Positions 49,086 through 60,767 of a DNA stretch of 64,000 nucleotides are shown here, one piece after another. The position numbers and the translations under genes are program-made. The stretch is from NCBI GenBank assembly GCA_963844715.1, contig CAWJPJ010000007.1, positions 960,001 to 1,024,000 on the forward strand. Direction: 5' to 3'. Each line of letters starts with the position of its first letter. The first letter of the stretch is position 1. This DNA is from an uncultured Phycisphaerales bacterium (GTDB lineage Bacteria; Planctomycetota; Phycisphaerae; Tepidisphaerales; Tepidisphaeraceae). The notes below the pieces were generated by a model. That model had not been told where the DNA came from and made no database searches. It saw nothing but the letters and a program-made list of their open reading frames with translations.

Positions 49086-50819
49086 GTGCATGACGTTTTG
49101 ACCAGTTTGATGCGGGATGGGCTGCTGGACGTGGAGTCCGCGCGGCAAATCAGCGATGCCGTCGCAGGGGGAAGCTCCCTCGACGACGCGATGCGCAAAG
49201 TCGCCCGCGCGCAGGAGGAAAAAATCCTCCGCGCGCTGGCGGCTTATTACGACATTCCGTTCGTCGATCTGGAAAAAGACGCGGACCGCCTCGCGCCGGA
49301 AAAGGAATTGCTCTCGAAATTTCCGGCCCGGATTCTGCTGGACCGGCGCATCATGCCGCTGGCGGGCGAGGCGAATGGCGACGGCGTGGCGATCGTCACA
49401 TCGCATGTTTTCGAAACCGCCGGGCTCGACGAATTGCGCATGGCCACGGGTCTGGATGTTCACCCCGTGCTCGCGCCGTCGACGGAAATCGACCGCTTCA
49501 TGAAAAAATTCCTCGGCGTGGGCGCCGACACCCTCCAGTCGATGGGCGTCGACGAGCCGGAGGAAGTCAAGGTTCTGGAAGACTACGACGAAAGTGAGAT
49601 GGATCTCACCAGCGCTGCCCACGACGCTTCGATCATCAAATTCGTCAACCAGGTGATGGCCGAGGCCCTGGAGTCCCGCGCGACGGACGTGCATTTCGAG
49701 CCGTTCGAAAATCAGCTTCGCGTTCGCTATCGAATCGACGGCGTGTTGCATGAAGCCAACATTCCGCCGCAGGTGCGGCGCTTTCACGCCGCGATCGTTT
49801 CGCGACTGAAGATTCTCAGCCACCTGGACATCGCCGAAAAACGCCTCCCTCAGGACGGGCGCATCCGGCTGAAAGTCGCCGGTCGTGAAATCGACCTCCG
49901 CGTCAGCGTCATCCCCATGATCCACGGGGAAGCCGTCGTACTGCGAATTCTGGATCGCGGCGACGCCTTGCTCGGTTTGGAACACCTGGGCATGTCGGCG
50001 CACGACAACGGAGCGTGGCAGCGCGTCCTGGATCTGCCGCATGGAATCATTCTGGTCACCGGCCCCACGGGCTCGGGAAAAACGACGACGCTTTACGCGG
50101 CTCTTTCGAAGATCAACCAGACGGATTTGAAAATCGTCACCATCGAAGACCCCGTCGAGTATCAATTATCCGGCATCAATCAGATTCAGGTGAACGTCAA
50201 GGCCGGATTGAGCTTCGCTGCCGGATTGCGGGCGATTTTGCGCCACGATCCGGATGTCGTGCTGATCGGCGAAATCCGCGATCGCGAAACCGCCGAGATC
50301 GCGGTGCAGGCGTCCCTGACCGGACACCTGGTCTTCAGCACGCTTCACACCAACGACGCCCCCGGCGCGACGACGCGGCTGGTGGATATGGGCGTCGAGC
50401 CGTATCTCGTCGCCAGCTCGCTGGAAATGGTCGCGGCGCAGCGGCTGGTGCGGCTGATCTGCCCGCGTTGCAAAACTCAGCGCCCGCCCGGCGAAGCGGA
50501 AAAATTGCGGGCACAATTCGGCGATCTTGCCCCGGAGGTTCTGTGGTATGGCGCCGGATGCCGCAATTGCCAGGGCACCGGGTATCGCGGCCGCCAGGCT
50601 GTGTTCGAAATGATGCCCCTGACGGATGAAATCCGGGCGCTGATCCTTGAACGCGCCAGCTCGCGCGAAATACGAAAAACCGCGATCCAGCAGGGGATGA
50701 ACAGCTTGCGGGACGACGGATGGCGGATGATTCGGGACGGCCGCACCACGCCGGAGGAAGTGCTGCGAATGACCAAGGACGAGAATTTGGCCGCCGGAGC
50801 GATCGAAGGTTCGAAGTAA
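49086..50819 (+). CDS. gspE: Type II secretion ATPase (GspE/PulE family)
   Basis: ATDVHFEP, RLPQDGR, GPTGSGKTT, TIEDPVE, GEIRD, STLHTND, two CxxC motifs. Confidence 0.93.
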   Translation: MHDVLTSLMRDGLLDVESARQISDAVAGGSSLDDAMRKVARAQEEKILRALAAYYDIPFVDLEKDADRLAPEKELLSKFPARILLDRRIMPLAGEANGDGVAIVTSHVFETAGLDELRMATGLDVHPVLAPSTEIDRFMKKFLGVGADTLQSMGVDEPEEVKVLEDYDESEMDLTSAAHDASIIKFVNQVMAEALESRATDVHFEPFENQLRVRYRIDGVLHEANIPPQVRRFHAAIVSRLKILSHLDIAEKRLPQDGRIRLKVAGREIDLRVSVIPMIHGEAVVLRILDRGDALLGLEHLGMSAHDNGAWQRVLDLPHGIILVTGPTGSGKTTTLYAALSKINQTDLKIVTIEDPVEYQLSGINQIQVNVKAGLSFAAGLRAILRHDPDVVLIGEIRDRETAEIAVQASLTGHLVFSTLHTNDAPGATTRLVDMGVEPYLVASSLEMVAAQRLVRLICPRCKTQRPPGEAEKLRAQFGDLAPEVLWYGAGCRNCQGTGYRGRQAVFEMMPLTDEIRALILERASSREIRKTAIQQGMNSLRDDGWRMIRDGRTTPEEVLRMTKDENLAAGAIEGSK

Positions 50820-50830
50820 ATCAATAAAAG

Positions 50831-52063
50831 ATGTCCGTATTTGCCTATACAGCATTGCATAAGGACGGCCGGCGCGCCACGGGCACGCTGAGTTCCGATT
50901 CGCGCGCCGCCGCCATGGCCGAGATCGCGCGGCAGGGGATGGTCCCGGTGCGCATTGAAGAAGCCAAGGATTCCGCCGCCGCCGCGAAAAAAGTTCAGGC
51001 CGCTACCGCCGCGGCGCATCCCGTCAAGGTTTCCGGCCGGCAGATCGAGGCCTTCACGCGCGAACTGGCCAATCTGCTCTCCGGCAGTGTGCCTCTGGCG
51101 CAGGCGCTTTCCCTTCTGCGCCGCGAGGCGTCTAATTCCGCCGCGCGCGAACTCTGGAGCGCCATTCATGACGACGTGGTGGGGGGCACGGCGCTCGCCG
51201 ACGCCATGGCGAAGTGGCCGCAGAGTTTCTCCAGCGTTTACGTGGCGATGGTCCGCGCCGGTGAGGCCGGCGGATTCCTCGAAGTCGTCCTGGCCCAGAT
51301 CGCCGATTTCCGCAATCGCGAGGCGGACCTCAAGGGACGCGTCAAAGGCGCGATGATCTATCCCATCATCCTGGCGTGCCTGGCCGTTGGAGTGCTGGTC
51401 TTCCTGATGGAATTCTTCATTCCGAGATTTAGCCAGATTTTCGAGCAATTCGGCGGGAATTTGCCGCTGCTGACGCAAATCATCATCGGCGTGAGCCATG
51501 TCGTGCAGCATTACGGCCTGGTCGTCGCCGGCGTGCTGTTGATGGTTTTTATTCTCGTCAAGCGAGCCCTGTCCACCGAATCCGGCCGGCGCATGATGGA
51601 AGTTGGCATTTTGTCCACGCCGATGGTCGGCAAGGTCATCTCGCATTTCGCCCTGGTGCGATTTGCGCGAATGCTGGGAACCCTGCTTGGCGCGGGCGTT
51701 CCGCTCATGGCGTCCCTGCGAGTGGCCCGCGAAGCGATCGGCAACCAGACCCTGGCGGATACTGTTCTCCGCGCCATCGAGCAGGTTCAGCAGGGTTCTC
51801 CCTTGTCCAAGAGTCTGGCCGCAAGTCCCCTGCTTTTCCCGCCTTCAGTAGTCGAAATGATCGCCATCGCCGAAGAGACCGGTCGGTTGGACAAAGAGCT
51901 GCTCAGACTCGCGGCGGCGTATGAGTCCGATCTCGACCGCCAATTGCGGCTGCTGGTCGGCGTCGCCGAGCCGGTCATGCTTTTTCTCATGGCGGGAATG
52001 ATCGGCACGATCGTCGTCGGAATGCTTCTGCCGGTATTCAATCTGCAGGAGCTCATTCACTGA
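50831..52063 (+). CDS. gspF: Type II secretion inner-membrane platform protein
   Basis: MVRAGEAGG, AMIYP, EETGRLD, AEPVM. Confidence 0.92.
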   Translation: MSVFAYTALHKDGRRATGTLSSDSRAAAMAEIARQGMVPVRIEEAKDSAAAAKKVQAATAAAHPVKVSGRQIEAFTRELANLLSGSVPLAQALSLLRREASNSAARELWSAIHDDVVGGTALADAMAKWPQSFSSVYVAMVRAGEAGGFLEVVLAQIADFRNREADLKGRVKGAMIYPIILACLAVGVLVFLMEFFIPRFSQIFEQFGGNLPLLTQIIIGVSHVVQHYGLVVAGVLLMVFILVKRALSTESGRRMMEVGILSTPMVGKVISHFALVRFARMLGTLLGAGVPLMASLRVAREAIGNQTLADTVLRAIEQVQQGSPLSKSLAASPLLFPPSVVEMIAIAEETGRLDKELLRLAAAYESDLDRQLRLLVGVAEPVMLFLMAGMIGTIVVGMLLPVFNLQELIH

Positions 52064-52084
52064 TTAGAAACGAGGAGCGATTCC

Positions 52085-52516
52085 ATGAACATACAACTCA
52101 GGCGTCGAACGCGACGAGCCTTCACATTGATCGAACTACTGCTGGTGATGGTGATCATCGCCATCCTGGCGGCGATCGTTATTCCGAAATTCGCCGGCCG
52201 AACCGAGCAGGCGCGAGTCACCCGCGCCACGGCCGACATTGCCAACATCAAAACAGCCCTCAACGCGTTTGAAATCGACAACGGGCGATATCCGACGACC
52301 GAGGAAGGGCTCAACGCCCTGGTAACCCAGCCGAACGATTTGACGACCGGTTCAGACGGCAAGACCTCCTGGCATCAATTGCTCGATAAGGTGCCGCTCG
52401 ATCCCTGGGGCCATGCGTACATCTATCGCTGCCCCGGCACCGGCGGGAAGGATTTCGACCTCGTTTCCACCGGCGCCAGCGGCACTGAAGGCGGCACCGA
52501 CAACATCACGAACTAA
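52085..52516 (+). CDS. gspG: Major pseudopilin
   Basis: AFTLIELLLV, DNGRYPTTEEGLNALV, DPWGHAYIY. Confidence 0.93.
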   Translation: MNIQLRRRTRRAFTLIELLLVMVIIAILAAIVIPKFAGRTEQARVTRATADIANIKTALNAFEIDNGRYPTTEEGLNALVTQPNDLTTGSDGKTSWHQLLDKVPLDPWGHAYIYRCPGTGGKDFDLVSTGASGTEGGTDNITN

Positions 52517-52526
52517 CGTCCGCACC

Positions 52527-53078
52527 ATGCGCAATCGGCGATCCAATTTCCGTGCCTTCACGCTCATCGAGCTGATCCTGGTCATGATCATCCTGACGAT
52601 CGTGGCCGGGGCGGTCGCGCCGATGCTGCGCGGATTTACCGCCGGGCGCCGCATCGCCAACTCCGCCCGGGCCATGCTCGCGCTGTCGCAATATGCGCGC
52701 ACGCAGTCGATGTCGGAAGGGCGCATCTACCGCCTGAATTTTGATCCCACCGCCGGGGCCTTCTGGCTGACCGAGGACCAAGACGGAACATTTGCCGCTC
52801 CCACCAACGATTTCGGCGATCGCCAAACGCTGGAATCCGGCGAGAAAATGCAAATCGAGATTACCGCGCCCGTCGTGCCCCTCGACGAACAGCAGACCGG
52901 CAGTCCAACCACGCCGCAGGCAGCCCCCAGCGACCAATACGTCGAATTCGATCCAAGCGGGCGAACCCAGCAGGTGACCATCACACTCACCGATCAATTC
53001 GGTTCCGCCGTGCAACTTGCCTGCGCATCCGCCACCGATCAGTTGCGAATCGTTCCAGCGGGGGAGGCGGTCCAATGA
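52527..53078 (+). CDS. gspH: Minor pseudopilin, GspH-like
   Basis: AFTLIELILV prepilin motif, YARTQS, VEFDPSG; position in the operon. Confidence 0.8.
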   Translation: MRNRRSNFRAFTLIELILVMIILTIVAGAVAPMLRGFTAGRRIANSARAMLALSQYARTQSMSEGRIYRLNFDPTAGAFWLTEDQDGTFAAPTNDFGDRQTLESGEKMQIEITAPVVPLDEQQTGSPTTPQAAPSDQYVEFDPSGRTQQVTITLTDQFGSAVQLACASATDQLRIVPAGEAVQ

Positions 53079-53458
53079 GACGCCGAGCCGGATTTACTCT
53101 TGTTGAGGTCCTTGTGACCCTCATGTTCCTTGCAATCAGCCTCCCCGCGGTCATGGAGGGAATCTCGCTAGCGACGAAAGTCGGCGCGCAAACGGTTCAT
53201 CGCACCGAAGCGGCGGGGCTGGCGCAATCGAAGCTAGCGGAAATCGTCAGTTCCGATGAATGGGAGAACGGGAATCTCTCCGGCGATTTTGGCGCCGATT
53301 GGCCAAGTTATCGGTGGGAGGCGGACGTGCAGCCGTGGGCCGAGGACACCACCAGCGCCGGAATTCAGCAGATTGACGTGAATGTCTATTGGACCGAGCC
53401 GGGTCGTGAACAGTCGATCACCCTTTCAACCCTTGCCTACGCGCGGAGTCAGGAATGA
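53075..53458 (+). CDS. gspI: Minor pseudopilin, GspI-like
   Basis: GFTLVEVLV prepilin motif; size and position. Confidence 0.75.
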   Translation: MRRRAGFTLVEVLVTLMFLAISLPAVMEGISLATKVGAQTVHRTEAAGLAQSKLAEIVSSDEWENGNLSGDFGADWPSYRWEADVQPWAEDTTSAGIQQIDVNVYWTEPGREQSITLSTLAYARSQE

Positions 53459-54309
53459 TGATGCGTTGTCGCAGACTGATGCGCATGCCAAAGGGCGGGG
53501 CATCCCCTTCCCCAGCCCTCCGCCGGAATACCGGAGGCGGGGGAATGCGCGGCGGTTTCACGCTCCTAGAATTAGTCGTCGCCTTGGGGATGGTCGCGGT
53601 CTTGGCCGTCTCGCTGTACACCAGCCTGCACATCGCCTTCGCGGCGCAGAGCAGCGCCGAGGCGGCCCTGGATGCCCCGCGCACGGCCGAATTGGCGATC
53701 GACTTCCTTCAGAAAGACTTTGAAAACGCGGATGTCCCCAACGACACGGGTGACACCTACAACACCGTCGCCGTGAGCCCGGCGATGCAAAGCCTCTATT
53801 CGTCGATCACGACGACCACCGGGGCGAACACCACGGTCCTGGCCGGAAACTTCGAGGGAATCCAGGCGCAGGACGATCGCGGTCATGAGGCGGACGATGT
53901 GGTCTTCTTCACAACCGCCGGGGCCGGCGATCACATCGACGCCAATGGCGAAATCAAACAGGTTGAGTTGACGGTCCAGCGCTCCGCATCGGGCGATTAT
54001 CAGCTGGTGCGCCGGGTGTCGCGCAACTTGCTTTCCGAGCAGCAGGTGGAGCCCGATGTGGAAGTTTTGTGCCGCGGCGTGTCGTCGTTCTCCATTCAAT
54101 ATTCCACCGGCTCGGAATGGGTCGATAGCTGGGATTCCACGCAGGAGGACAACGATCTCCCCGCCGCCGTGCAGATCACCCTCGAACTCGATCGGCCCAA
54201 CGCCACGGGCACTCAGACCGAAACGCACACGTACACACGGATCATCGCGATTCCGTCGTCGACGGCCGCGCTCGATCCCAATGTCAACGCATCGGTGAGC
54301 ATGCAATGA
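53455..54309 (+). CDS. gspJ: Minor pseudopilin, GspJ-like
   Basis: GFTLLELVV prepilin motif; W.DSWDS..LPAAVQITL. Confidence 0.8.
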   Translation: MMMRCRRLMRMPKGGASPSPALRRNTGGGGMRGGFTLLELVVALGMVAVLAVSLYTSLHIAFAAQSSAEAALDAPRTAELAIDFLQKDFENADVPNDTGDTYNTVAVSPAMQSLYSSITTTTGANTTVLAGNFEGIQAQDDRGHEADDVVFFTTAGAGDHIDANGEIKQVELTVQRSASGDYQLVRRVSRNLLSEQQVEPDVEVLCRGVSSFSIQYSTGSEWVDSWDSTQEDNDLPAAVQITLELDRPNATGTQTETHTYTRIIAIPSSTAALDPNVNASVSMQ

Positions 54310-55498
54310 GAATTTTCAACGACAAAACCCGTCGTCGAGCGTTCCGCCGTCGCGGAGCGATCTTCATCATGGCGATGGGGATCGTGGTGATTCTCAGCGG
54401 CATGCTCTTGGTCTTCGCCGAGGAGATGCGAGCGGAAGCGATGGCGTCCGCGAATCGGCTCTCGTACGACCAGGCCGACGCCGTCGAAAAAGGGGCGGAG
54501 CAGTGGGTTCTCGCGCAGGTCGAGGAATACGGGCAGGACGCCGTCACTCTGTGCAACAACGTGCCTGCCGAAGGGATTCAGGTCGGCCAGGGTTATTTCT
54601 GGATCATCCGCCCCAATCAGGACAGCAATCAGAATTACGATTTCGGCCTGGTTGACGAATCCGGCAAGCTGAATTTAAACGTCGCCACGTCCGACGAGCT
54701 TCAGATATTGCCGAACATGCAGCAGAACCTGGCCGACGCCATTGTCGACTGGCATAACCCCGAGCAGACGGCAACGGGCGACGGCGCCAAGAGTCCGACG
54801 TATCAATCCCTTCCCGAGCCTTATGACTGCAAGGACGCGCCCTTTGAGAGTGTGGAGGAGTTGCGCCTGGTTTACGGCATGACGCCGCAGATTTTGTTCG
54901 GCGCAGGACACCAATCGCAACGGCGTGATCGACCCCGAGGAAGAAGCCGCCCAGAGCAACAACGGCATTACGCTCAACTTCGACAGCGGCGCGGACATTC
55001 AGCGTGGCATCATCAATTTCGTCACCACCTATAGCGCCCAGTCCCAGCGTGGGCGCACCGTGCAGGGATTGGTGAACGTCAATACGGCCCCGATGCAGGT
55101 TTTAATGTGCCTGCCGGGAATGACCGAGCAGACCGCTGAATCCGTCATCAGCGCTCGCCAGGGCGGCACCACCAGCGGGGATACATCCTGGATTCGCACT
55201 GCTCTGGGCACCGGCATCTACAACGAAGTCTCGGGCCTGATCACGACGACGTCGTATCAATATTCGGCCGATATCGTCGCCGTCAGCGGAGATGGGCGCA
55301 CGCTTCAAGCGCGTGCAGATCGTGGTCGATGTGCGGCAAGTGCCGGCGACGATCGTCTATCGCCGAGATTTGACGAGCCTCGGCTGGCCGCTCCCCAAGG
55401 AAATCCGCGATTCCCTCCGCGCCGGCCAGGGCGTGCCGGCGGATTATTCCGGCAATTCGATGACCGGATCAGAAGGCGGAAATCCGCTGAACCCGTAA
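54306..55498 (+). CDS. gspK: Minor pseudopilin GspK; 2 frameshifts
   Basis: RRGAIFI, DESGKLNLN, AIVDW, FESVEELRLVYG, VNVNTAP.QVL..LPG. Confidence 0.85.
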
Positions 55499-57049
55499 TG
55501 AAAGCCAATAGTAGTGAAAGCCAAGCAATGAAAACACTCGATCAATGGCGCGATCAGATCATGCGGCAAGCCCAGGGGATGCTGCGCCCGCGAAAAGTGA
55601 TCGGACTGGCGCTGGGAGAAAAATCGCTCCTGGCGGCGGAGGCATCCGCGACGCCTCAGCCTCGCGTCACGCTGCTCGAAGAATTCGTCTATCCGGCCGG
55701 AATAACGGACGCGCAGCCCGCCGAACTTGGGGCGGCTCTGGAGAAATTCCTGAAGGAAAAAGGGTTCACCGCCAAGGCCGCCGTGATTGGAATTCCCGTG
55801 CGATGGCTTCTGGTGCGCCGCAAGGAAGTCCCCCCTTCCGATGACGCGACCCTGATCGATTTGCTTCGGCTCGGCGCCGAGGCGGAATTCACCACGGAGA
55901 TCAAGGATCTGGTTTACGACTTTGCCGATTCCGGCAGCGCCGGATGTCACGGACGATGCCGGCAAACCCGCCGAGCGTTCCGTGCTTCTATTGGGCACGC
56001 AGAAAAAGCATGTCGAATCGGCGGCGGCGCTCTGCAAGGCGGCGCATCTGCGGCCGCTGGCGGTGACCGCTTCCGCTCTGGCCGTCGGCGAGGCGACCGC
56101 GGCGCAGGGGGTGGAGACGATGGTTCTGACCGCCTCGGCGTCGGGCTCCGAACTGTCCATGCAGCGAGGCGCTTCGCCCGTGGCGATCCGACACCTGCCC
56201 CCCCCGATCCGCAGCCGCCATTTTTGAGCGAACTTCGCCGCGCGGTTTCGACGATGACCGGCCCGGGCCGGCGCGATCTCGTTCTGTGGGATGCGGCGGG
56301 AGGAATGAACGCGCAACAGCTTGGCGATCAACTGGGCCTGCGCGTTCGCAACGGCGCGCTGGCCGAACTCGGCGTGGAAATCGCCGCCGCGGCTGCGGAG
56401 CGCGAACGGCGATGCGTCGAAGTATGCCGGCGCAGTCGCCCTGGCGCGTTCGGGATTGAGCGGAAAACAGACCGTCGATTTCCTGCATTCGCGGCTTTCG
56501 CCGCCGAAGCAGCCCCTGGTTCCCCGATGGGCGGTGATCGCGGGCGCGGCCGTTTTATTGGTCTTGATTTACGCCTTCTGGTGCTACGTCGACATGGCCC
56601 ACCAGGAGACCGATCTGGCGTCTCTCAACGCGACCCTAAAAAGCACCAAAGATCAAGTCGCAACCGCGCAGGCATTCGTCTCAAAGGTCTCGTTCGCCCA
56701 AAATTGGCACGGCGGCGAACCGCGATATCTTGTTTGTCTGCGCGATCTGACATCCGCCGTCTCCGACGACGGGCAGACCTACGCGACAACTCTTTCGCTG
56801 CGTGAAGCGAGTCACTCCGGCGCCGCGCCCGCCGGAAAAACCGGCAGCGACTGGCGGGCGTTGTCCGGCCAACTGGCTGGCCGCAGCAGCGATCAGCAGC
56901 GCATTCAGCGCCTGGTTGAACGAATCAAGCATACGCCGGGATTTTCGGATGTAACCCTGGTCGGCACCCAAAACGTCGTGCGCGAGCGATCGGTGACCTT
57001 CTCAATGTCGTTCACCTACGTCGCGCCTGCATTGGGCCGGACGGAATAG
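55498..57049 (+). CDS. GspL/PilMN-like assembly protein; several frameshifts
   Basis: Actin-like cytoplasmic domain, TM helix, coiled coil and ferredoxin-like C-terminus; lies between gspK and the gspM-like gene. Confidence 0.7.
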
Positions 57050-57061
57050 ATTGGAGTAGTC

Positions 57062-57610
57062 GTGGTTCTTTCGAAGCGTGAAAAATATATCGGCATCGGG
57101 GCGGTCGCCGCGATCGCGATCCTGGTGATTGACCAGTTCGTGGTCTCTCCGTACCTCGACCAGGTGGATGCGTCGAATCGCGATCTAACCAATGCCCGCC
57201 AGCAGGTCGCCGACAACAATCTGGTCTTCGAGCGGCAGCACAAATTGCAGCAGGTTTGGAACGACATGCAGACCGGCGGGCTGCAGGTCGATGAATCGCA
57301 GGCCGACAGTCAGGCGCAGATGGCGATTCTCCAGTGGGCGCAGCGCAGCGACGTCACCATCACAGCATTGAAGACCGAGCACGTTTCCCAGGAAAAAGCG
57401 TTTGAGGTGCTCAGCTACGACGTCACCGCGACCGGCTCCACGCCTGCCGTCGCGCACCTGCTCTGGGCGCTGGAGACGGCCACCATTCCGCTGCGGCTGA
57501 ACGAAGTGCAGATCTCCTCGCGGCCCGAAAATACCGACAACCTGACGGTCCGCATGAATATCTCGACGCTATCCCTGCCCGAGGCCAATTCAGCCGGGGA
57601 GGCGCAATGA
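57062..57610 (+). CDS. GspM/PilO-like protein
   Basis: LSKREK + TM + coiled coil + ferredoxin-like domain. Confidence 0.7.
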   Translation: MVLSKREKYIGIGAVAAIAILVIDQFVVSPYLDQVDASNRDLTNARQQVADNNLVFERQHKLQQVWNDMQTGGLQVDESQADSQAQMAILQWAQRSDVTITALKTEHVSQEKAFEVLSYDVTATGSTPAVAHLLWALETATIPLRLNEVQISSRPENTDNLTVRMNISTLSLPEANSAGEAQ

Positions 57611-58265
57611 ACATCCGCAAAATCGAAATTTGGATTCTGTCCGCGGTTCTCGCGTCCAGCTGCGCATTGGCCTGGAGCCAGACGACCACGACGCGCCAGC
57701 CGACGCCCGCGGGGATTTTCGCCGCCAGCGCTCCGCCGATCCATCTGGATCCGATTCACAACTTCGGATTCCCCAGCCGGCGGATATGTCGCGCGCGTTC
57801 GATCTGCTCAATTCGTACAGCCTGTTCGTCAAAGGCCGGCTCGAAAACACAGGCTCCAACTTCGGCGGCGGATCGTTCAATTCCCAGGCTCCCGAAAACG
57901 TGCTTGTCTTCACGGGCGTCACCGTCACCGATCACGCAACCGTCGGTTTCGTTGAAGACACCTCGCAGGGAACCGTCCGGCAGGTCAAGGTGGGCGACTC
58001 CATCGCTCAGGGCAAAATCACCGATATCACACTCAATGAACTTGTCTATCACGCGTCCGACGGACGGACTGTCCATGTCGCCGTCGGGCAAAACCTCCGC
58101 GGCGAAAGCGCGTTCGGTTTGATCTACGGGACCGGCATCGGCACCGCCGAACCTTCGGCAAGCGACCAGAACGTTGACGCCGGCACCGCCGCCCTGTTGG
58201 CGAAAATGCGGGCAAAGCGATTGCAGGAGATGGGCGTTGCTCCCGCGACTCAGCCGGCGCAATGA
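57607..58265 (+). CDS. GspC-like protein; frameshift near the N-terminus
   Basis: LVFTGV..GFVED..VKVGDSIAQGKITDI resembles an HR domain; directly before the secretin. Confidence 0.6.
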
Positions 58266-58296
58266 AGAGGGCTTTTTGGCGAATGAAAGGGCTGTT

Positions 58297-60759
58297 ATGA
58301 GAGGAATCGGTCGATCGGCGGCGTTGTGGAGTGCGGTGGCCGCGATATCGCTTGCCCCGCTCAGTTCGATGGCGCAAGTTGAGCCGTCTCCCGCGGATCA
58401 GGAGAACCCCGCGCCGACCACCGCGCCGGCGACGCGCATCAGCCTGAATTTCAAGGACGCGTCGCTCGACGCCGTCCTCGATTATCTCTCCCAGCAGGCG
58501 GGCTTTGAAGTGGTAAAGGTCACCCCCGTGACCGTCCACATCACGGAACTGATCAGCAAGCAACCGGTCACGCCCGAAGAGGCTGTGTCTCTGCTCAACA
58601 GCGTCCTGAACGCCAATGGTTACACCGCCATCCGCATGGGACGGATTTTGAAAATCGTCTCCCTCGATAAGGCCAAGAAGGAGAACGTCCCCGTTCATTT
58701 CGGCAACGATCCGGCGGAGATCGCCGATTCCGACGAGCTGATCACCCAGGTTATTCCGGTCCGTAGCGTCGATGCCGTGAAGTTGAAAACCGATTTGCAG
58801 CCCCTGATCAGCACCGATGCCGATTTCACCGCCAACGCCATGAGCAACACGCTCATCATGACGGACACGTCGGCCAATATCCGCCGCGTCGTCGAGATCG
58901 TCTCCAATCTCGACAAGCGTGACGCCCAGGCGAACAGCATCATCGTCAAGCAGCTCAAATACGCGGATGCCACGGCGGCGGCCAAGCTCGTGACCGACAT
59001 CTTCTCCCCCCAACAGCAGCAGACGCAGAACACCAATATTCCCAATCCCGGATTTTTCTTCCGCGGCTTCGGCGGCGGGGGCGGTGGAGGCGGCGGCGGA
59101 GGAGGATTCGGGCCGGGCGGCTTCGGCGGGGCGGCCGCGCGGCGGCGGCGCAGTCCGCCTCCCAGGACCAGGGACAAACCGGCAAAGTCACGGCATCCGC
59201 CGATACGCGGACCAATACCGTCGTCGTCAGCGGTCCCACCGACACGCTGAAAATCATCACCGACGTCCTGAGCCAACTCGACGCAAACCCCGCCGCAGAA
59301 GAAGATTTCTTCACCTACGCGGTCAACAACGGCCAGGCCGTGGACATGGCCGCGACGCTCAACGCCCTCTTCGGGGGCAGCGGAACGACGCCGAGCACTT
59401 CCAACAATCAGCGCAACCAGTACGGCACCGCCACCGGAAATCCCGTCAGCGGCAGCAACCGCAGTTCCGTCGGCGGCTTAGGCGGTGGAATCGGAACCAG
59501 CTTCGGCGGCGGAACAGGCGGCGGACTCGGGGGCTACGGCGGCGGCGGGGGGCTGGGAAGCTCCAACAGCAACCGCAACACCGGAACGAGCAGCCTGACC
59601 GCGAATCGCGGAATCTCCGGCGTCCCCGGTCTCACCGGCGGCGCGAACGGCGCCGCTGCCGAATCGGGACTCGCCCAACTCATCGGCCAGGTCTATGTCG
59701 TCCCGGATCAGGACACCAACTCGCTCCTCGTCGCCACCGCCACTAAATTTGAGCCCCAGGTCCGCGAAGTCATCGCCAAGCTCGATCGCCCCGTCCCGCA
59801 GGTGCTCATCAAGGTTCTCATCGCCGAAGTCACCCATGACAATTCCCAGGACCTCGGCGTTGATTTCTCCGGCTTGAACCTCGGGACCGGCGGGAATCTA
59901 AATACCCAAACCGGCCTCATCTCCTCGGGCCACGGCCAGGCGGGCAGCAGCATTCTGGCGCCGCCGCGGCCGCAGCAGCAGGGGCCGGCTCGACCAGCGC
60001 TCCCCCGGGAATGGTCGTAAACGTCCTGGCTAACAACCTCACCGCCACGCTCCAGGCGCTGTCCCAGCAAAATAAATTGGACGTCCTCTCGCGCCCTACA
60101 TTTTGACCAGCGACAATCAGGAAGCCGATATCACCGTCGGGAGCGAAGTCCCCTTTATCGACAACAGTTATGTCGACTCCAACGGTGGCACCCACAACAC
60201 CGTCCAATATCAGGACATCGGCATCATTCTGAGCGTGACCCCTCATATCAATCCCGAAGGCACCGTTGTCATGGAAGTCTCGCCGCAGATTTCGGCGTTG
60301 ACCGGCCAGACGGTGACCATCCAGGCGGGCGTGAACGCCCCCGTCTTCGAACTCCGCTCCGCTGATGCATATGTCGCCATCAAGGATGGACAAACCGTCG
60401 TCATCGGCGGCCTTATGCAGGACCAGAAAACCGACAACATCAGCGAGGTTCCCCTCCTCGGCGATATTCCTCTGCTCGGCAAACTTTTTCAATATCGCAC
60501 CACCAGCAAGACCAAGACCGAGTTGCTGATTTTCCTGACGCCGCATGTGGCGATGTCGCCCGGATCGCTGACCAAGATGTCCCAGGATGAAGCGAACGGT
60601 CTTAAGCTCACGCCCACGGCCGTTCAGCCCGGCGTGATGCAGGAGCAATTGGAAGGCATGGCTCGCGGATCGGCAACGCAACCGTCGATCCCGCTCCAAC
60701 TGCCCAACCCCAGCGGCTCGGGTTCCTCCTCAGGTCCGCCGTTGCCCGGCACTAAATAA
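58297..60759 (+). CDS. gspD: Type II secretion secretin; about 3 frameshifts
   Basis: ISLNFKDASL, LDRPVPQVLIKVLIAEV, DIGIILSVTPHI, GQTVVIGGL, VPLLGDIPLLGKLF, ELLIFLTP. Confidence 0.9.
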
Positions 60760-60767
60760 ATGGCAGA

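Noticed and set aside
49086..60759. Type IV pilus rather than T2SS
   Set aside because: GspG-specific motifs and a GspK are present, and there is no PilT retraction ATPase in the cluster
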